Origin: Methanobacteriota archaeon
Lineage (GTDB): Archaea > Thermoplasmatota > Poseidoniia > Poseidoniales > Thalassarchaeaceae
Direction of reading: 5' to 3'
Length of the DNA stretch: 64,000 nt
Assembly (NCBI GenBank): GCA_011523185.1
Contig: WTHI01000135.1
Span: forward strand, 8,564 to 72,563
The position numbers were made by a program, and so were the translations under genes. Of the stretch, positions 59,412 to 64,000 are shown one piece after another (the stretch's first letter is position 1; every line of letters starts with the position of its first letter). Below the pieces are notes generated by a model, which did no database searches, was not told the origin of the DNA, and saw nothing but the letters and a program-made list of their open reading frames with translations.

Positions 59412-59741
59412 TTAGGAGTCATCATTCAATCTCTCAAGAAGGACAGTGGTGCCAATAAAGCCTCCAGCGAAACCTGCACCGAATATTCCCAATTCCAAAA
59501 TTGAAGAAAAAATTGATTCTAATGAATCAGCAATCCATCCAATAACATCGGAAAAAATTTCCAAAATACGCCCGAAGTTGATGGTGATTATGCCTGAAAC
59601 CGCCAAGAATCCCAAAAATGATACTTGAGCTAATGCGATAATTCTGATTGCCTTCAACGATATGCTAGCTAAGAAAGCTGCAGTAGCACCGAGAAAGAAA
59701 CCTACTATACCCTTTACTCCGTAGTTAGTGATTAACTCGAT
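59412..59741 (-). CDS. FUN14-like membrane protein; probable non-canonical (ATC) start
   Basis: Frame continues upstream of TTG 59657 (IELITNYGVKGIVGFFLGATAAFLASISLKAIR); ends GFAGGFIG; GGAGG 7 nt before ATC 59741. Confidence 0.6.
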   Translation of the reverse strand: MELITNYGVKGIVGFFLGATAAFLASISLKAIRIIALAQVSFLGFLAVSGIITINFGRILEIFSDVIGWIADSLESIFSSILELGIFGAGFAGGFIGTTVLLERLNDDS

Positions 59742-59752
59742 TTTTCTCCCTC

Positions 59753-62700
59753 CTAATTTAGAATCGCTATATCCAGTAGTCTTGGTTCTGGCATACCCTC
59801 TTTTGCCTCGGCAATAGCTTGAACTTCCATCCGTGCTCCAGCCATCGTTGTCACAAATGGAATGTTAAGTTCGACCGCAAGCCTGCGCATCATATTCCCA
59901 TCCAATACCGCTCCACCAGTACTCCGAGGTGTGTTTATGATTAGTTGAATCTTACCTTGGCGCATTAGATCTAATGCGTCCGGAGTCAAACCCTCAGCGA
60001 TACGATAGCAGGTCTGAACATCTATTCCTCCTGAGTCTCGGAGGACGTGAGCGGTTCCTCTTGTAGCATAAATTGTGAAACCCATCTCCTCTAATTCTTG
60101 AGCCAAAGGAATGACATCGTGCTTGTCGGCGTTCTTGACAGTGATGTAGACTCCACCATCTGTCGGAACTGGGATTTCAGTTGCCAAGCGCGCTTTCAGA
60201 TATGCCGCGGCGGCGCGCTTGTGGCTTCCCATCACTTCTCCAGTACTCTTCATTTCTGGACCAGGGGCGGGGTCGAGGCCACGTAATTTGATGAAAGGGA
60301 ATACCGGTGCTTTGACACAAACTGCCTCACTCTGTGGCTCTGGGAAATCTAGGTCTGCTAATTTTTCACCCATAGTAAGACGGGCAGCAATACGGGCTAG
60401 TGGAACTCCGGTTGCCTTGGCTACGAATGGGAATGTTCTCGAGCCACGAGGGTTTACTTCCAAGACATACAGGGTCTCTCCACGAATGGCGTATTGAATA
60501 TTGAAACAACCCTTTACTCCGAGTTGAATACCAATCTTTCTTGTCCAATCTTCGACTTGTGCTAATACTTTCTTTGAGACATTTTGTGGAGGTATAAAAC
60601 AAGTTGAATCCCCTGAGTGAATTCCTGCTTCCTCAAGGTGTTCCATAATCGCTCCAATTAGCACTTCGCTACCGTCACAAACCGCATCGACATCTAATTC
60701 GATAGCATTGCCGAGATATTCGTCAACCAACAATGGGCGGTCTGGTGAGAGAAATGCTTCCTCCATATATGCATCCAATTGTCTGTTATTGGAAAGTATC
60801 TCCATACCTCGCCCGCCAAGAACGTAAGAAGGACGAATTAGTACGGGATAGCCTATCTCTTGAACTGCTTCCCTAACTCCTTCTGGCGTACTGGCAGTAG
60901 CCCCATTAGGCATCCTTAGACCAACACGTGCTGCAAATGCTTCGAAGCGTTCCCTGTCACTAGCTTCATCGACTGCATCCGGAGTTGTCCCTTGCATGGC
61001 TAAGTTGAGACCCATTCCTTCGAGGTGAGGAAGTCTACCAGCCAATGGAAGGGCGAGATTGATTGCAGTCTGGCCACCAAATTGTAGTAAAATGCCGTGT
61101 GCTTTCTCACGCAGCAAGACCTCTGCTGAGTGTTCCAATGTTAGTGGATCGAAGTATAGACGGTCGCTGGTATCGAAATCAGTAGAAACTGTTTCGGGAT
61201 TATTGTTGATGATAATCGCCTCATGTCCTAATTCTCTTATCGCCCCAACGGCATGGACACAGCCGTAATCGAATTCTATTCCCTGACCAATTCGAATAGG
61301 TCCGCTACCCACCACAACAATCCGTTGCTTAGTGAATTCATCGATTCCTGGTACGTGATCGATTCCAGTAGGAGCAGAACCTCCCTCGTAAGTAGCGTAG
61401 TAATATGGGGTTACAGCGGCAAACTCTGCTGCGCAAGAATCAACCATTCTGAATCTTGGATGAATTCCTAATTCGTGCCTCCTGGCCATTACCGAATCTT
61501 CATTCGAATCCTCAGGTAAGGTCTTGAATCCACTCGCTGGGAAGCCAGCGAGTGCATCTGCTATGTGTAAATCTGTGAATCCTGCGCCCTTCCATCGGCG
61601 CATCTCTAAAACAGGTATTTCTGATGCGCTCATTCCCAATTCTCCTGCTGCACGTATCTCTGTTTCAAGCGCGGCCATTTTCTCAAATCTGTGCAGGAAC
61701 CATCGAGTAATACCTCCCGATACATCTCTAACGTCTTCGATTGAATAACCTCGTCTAAATGCCTCAAATAAGGCACCCATCCTTCTATCGGTAGGAACTC
61801 TCAACCAATCGATTAGGAGGGCTTCAGGCAATGGTTCACTTGCTCTTTCATCCATGGTCTCCCCACCGGAAGCATCGGCCATGGTGAGTGGCCTAGGGTG
61901 AGGTTGGCCATACTCAAGACTGGCCCATGCCTTGAGGAAAGCCTCCTCAAAGCACCGACCTATTGCCATAACCTCGCCTGTTGATTTCATTGAGGTGCCA
62001 ATAGTTCGATCTGCGGTTCGGAATTTATCAAAGGGCCATCTAGGAATCTTAACTACACAATAATCCAATGTTGGTTCGAAAGCAGCGGTAGTGCCTTCAC
62101 CGGTAATTGGGTTAGGCAGTTCATCCAGAGTATAACCTACAGCGATTAATGCCGCCATTCTAGCGATTGGGTATCCCGTTGCCTTGCTTGCTAGTGCTGA
62201 AGACCTTGAGACTCTTGGATTAACCTCGATTACTCGATATTCTCCAGTCGATTGTTCGACTGCAAATTGAACGTTACAACCGCCTTTGATATTCAGCCTT
62301 CTAATCAGGCGAAGAGCAGCATCGCGTAACATCTGATGATCTCTGTCTGAAAGTGTCTGCTGTGGGGCAACGACAACCGATTCTCCGGTATGTACACCCA
62401 TAGGGTCAATATTTTCCATTGTGCAGACTATAATTGCGTTATCCGCACCATCTCTCATTACCTCATATTCATGCTCTTGCCAACCAAGGATGCTTTCCTC
62501 GATTAGTACCTGACCTATGGCAGAATGAAGTATACCTTGACTAGCTATCTCTACCAATTCACCCATATTGTGAGCAGTACCACCGCCAAGGCCACCCAAG
62601 GTGAAAGCCGGTCGGATCAGAAGTGGGAAACCTCCCAGACTATCGGCAGCTTGCATAACTGCCTCAATCGAATCACAAGCAATAGCTTTGCAAACAGGTA

Positions 62701-63124
62701 GGTCGATTTCCTCACACACCTGTTTGAATAAATCTCTGTCTTCGGCCTCATCAATTGATACTAAGTCACAACCGATTAATTCAACTTCCAATTCATCTAA
62801 ACTACCATCGTGGGCAAGGGCAGAAGCGATATTGAGGGCTGTTTGTCCACCCATTCCGGCGAGTAGAGCATCTGGTTTCTCGATTTCTAAAATTCTCTTT
62901 ACAACCTCCGGCAACAAAGGTTCGATGTAAATCCTGTCTGCCATTTCGGGGTCATTTTGAATCGTTGCCGGATTGGAATTAATCAGAATCACTTCGTAAC
63001 CATCTGCCCTAAGTGCTCTACAAGCCTGACTACCGGAAAAATCGAATTCCGCCGCTTGACCAATACGGATTGGACCACTGCCTAAAATTACAATTCGTTT
63101 CAAATCGTCTCTACGAGGCATCAA
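59753..63124 (-). CDS. carB: Carbamoyl-phosphate synthase large subunit
   Basis: GSGPIRIGQAAEFDFSG, duplicated ATP-grasp halves, EVNPR, C-terminal MGS domain. Confidence 0.97.
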   Translation of the reverse strand: MMPRRDDLKRIVILGSGPIRIGQAAEFDFSGSQACRALRADGYEVILINSNPATIQNDPEMADRIYIEPLLPEVVKRILEIEKPDALLAGMGGQTALNIASALAHDGSLDELEVELIGCDLVSIDEAEDRDLFKQVCEEIDLPVCKAIACDSIEAVMQAADSLGGFPLLIRPAFTLGGLGGGTAHNMGELVEIASQGILHSAIGQVLIEESILGWQEHEYEVMRDGADNAIIVCTMENIDPMGVHTGESVVVAPQQTLSDRDHQMLRDAALRLIRRLNIKGGCNVQFAVEQSTGEYRVIEVNPRVSRSSALASKATGYPIARMAALIAVGYTLDELPNPITGEGTTAAFEPTLDYCVVKIPRWPFDKFRTADRTIGTSMKSTGEVMAIGRCFEEAFLKAWASLEYGQPHPRPLTMADASGGETMDERASEPLPEALLIDWLRVPTDRRMGALFEAFRRGYSIEDVRDVSGGITRWFLHRFEKMAALETEIRAAGELGMSASEIPVLEMRRWKGAGFTDLHIADALAGFPASGFKTLPEDSNEDSVMARRHELGIHPRFRMVDSCAAEFAAVTPYYYATYEGGSAPTGIDHVPGIDEFTKQRIVVVGSGPIRIGQGIEFDYGCVHAVGAIRELGHEAIIINNNPETVSTDFDTSDRLYFDPLTLEHSAEVLLREKAHGILLQFGGQTAINLALPLAGRLPHLEGMGLNLAMQGTTPDAVDEASDRERFEAFAARVGLRMPNGATASTPEGVREAVQEIGYPVLIRPSYVLGGRGMEILSNNRQLDAYMEEAFLSPDRPLLVDEYLGNAIELDVDAVCDGSEVLIGAIMEHLEEAGIHSGDSTCFIPPQNVSKKVLAQVEDWTRKIGIQLGVKGCFNIQYAIRGETLYVLEVNPRGSRTFPFVAKATGVPLARIAARLTMGEKLADLDFPEPQSEAVCVKAPVFPFIKLRGLDPAPGPEMKSTGEVMGSHKRAAAAYLKARLATEIPVPTDGGVYITVKNADKHDVIPLAQELEEMGFTIYATRGTAHVLRDSGGIDVQTCYRIAEGLTPDALDLMRQGKIQLIINTPRSTGGAVLDGNMMRRLAVELNIPFVTTMAGARMEVQAIAEAKEGMPEPRLLDIAILN

Positions 63125-64000
63125 CTATCCCCTCCTGAGGTGGGGATTGGAATTCCTGCTAAATGGTCCGCTACCATACTAGCGAATCTGTCGAATAGAG
63201 GAGATGCGTCATGTGGACCTGGGCAGGCTTCTGGATGATATTGGATTGTGAAGGCCCTTTTCCCAATCAAGTCCAGACCTTCTACAGTTCTGTCATTAGC
63301 ATTGACGTATCTAACCTTGAATGGGGCCTCAAGTTCGTTGCCCCCACGGATTGAACAAGCACCAGATGGATGAGGTGCAAGCATCCCTTTTTCGGGGTCC
63401 TCGACAGCAAATCCATGATTCTGGCTGGTGATATACACTCGTCCGGTTTCAAGGTCTACTACAGGTTGGTTTGCACCTCTGTGTCCGTATCTCAGTTTGT
63501 AAGTTCGTAGACCTGCTGCGAGCCCCATTAACTGATGACCGAGACAAATACCCATAACCGGCAAACCGGCTCTAACCGCTGCGGCTAAACTGTCTCTAGC
63601 GGTTGTAGCCGCTCCCGAATGTGCTGGATCACCTGGGCCATTCGAAGCGAAGAATGCATCCGGTTTCCATTTCAAAATCTCATCGAAGGTTGTAGTCGCT
63701 GGAAACCAAATTACCTCAAATCTTTGAGCTAATTCTCGAAGAATATTGTACTTGACTCCACAATCTATAGCCGCCAAACGAGGAAGAGATTTACCTTCCT
63801 CATCAACAGCACCTGGATTGATAATTACCGCCTCATCACATGTTACTTCAGCCACTAAATCCTCAGCATCGGGAGGAGTCATTTCGTCAAGTCGAACTAG
63901 CATTTCTCTTTCTGCTTCGGCCGGACCAAAGATACACAGAACCGTTCCATGCTCTCTAACCCGGCGAGTTAATTCCCTTGTGTCTATGTCTTGGATACCT
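63121..64000 (-). CDS. carA: Carbamoyl-phosphate synthase small subunit (5' end beyond window)
   Basis: SNGPGDP, GICLGHQ, SQNHGFAV, QYHPEA; frame open to the window edge (GIQDIDTRELTRRVRE). Confidence 0.95.
   Translation of the reverse strand, partial: GIQDIDTRELTRRVREHGTVLCIFGPAEAEREMLVRLDEMTPPDAEDLVAEVTCDEAVIINPGAVDEEGKSLPRLAAIDCGVKYNILRELAQRFEVIWFPATTTFDEILKWKPDAFFASNGPGDPAHSGAATTARDSLAAAVRAGLPVMGICLGHQLMGLAAGLRTYKLRYGHRGANQPVVDLETGRVYITSQNHGFAVEDPEKGMLAPHPSGACSIRGGNELEAPFKVRYVNANDRTVEGLDLIGKRAFTIQYHPEACPGPHDASPLFDRFASMVADHLAGIPIPTSGGDS

Overview
Core-genome window of a marine Thermoplasmatota archaeon, most likely Marine Group II (Ca. Poseidoniales). This is inferred from archaeal informational genes (rpoE', spt4, rps24e, rps27ae, aRF1, aIF2-beta, class I LysRS, DtdA, NOG1, XPD) mixed with bacterial-type metabolic genes and giant acidic surface proteins. 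It holds about 55 CDS and one tRNA-Leu(TAA). Metabolic genes include a lipA-E1a-E1b-E2-E3-lipB 2-oxoacid dehydrogenase cluster, amino-acid catabolism and uptake genes, purC, pyrH and carAB. Three huge membrane-anchored proteins cover about 27% of the window. I saw no mobile element or CRISPR array. Most notable: (1) four intergenic perfect hairpins with different stems but the same C-GTA-G triloop, each next to a promoter; (2) a structured leader of the rpoE'-spt4-rps24e-rps27ae operon with an alternative anti-SD pairing; (3) an amino-acid ABC permease fused to an Asp-box beta-propeller, with no binding protein nearby; (4) a 2981-aa TSP3/transglutaminase-like/Ig/DUF4129 protein with an altered catalytic triad; (5) a recurrent non-canonical TATA-like box TT[C/G]AA[G/A] about 25 nt upstream of starts; (6) a SAP-domain/M28 peptidase fusion; (7) a FUN14-like gene apparently starting at ATC. 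All family assignments come from motif recognition, not database searches.
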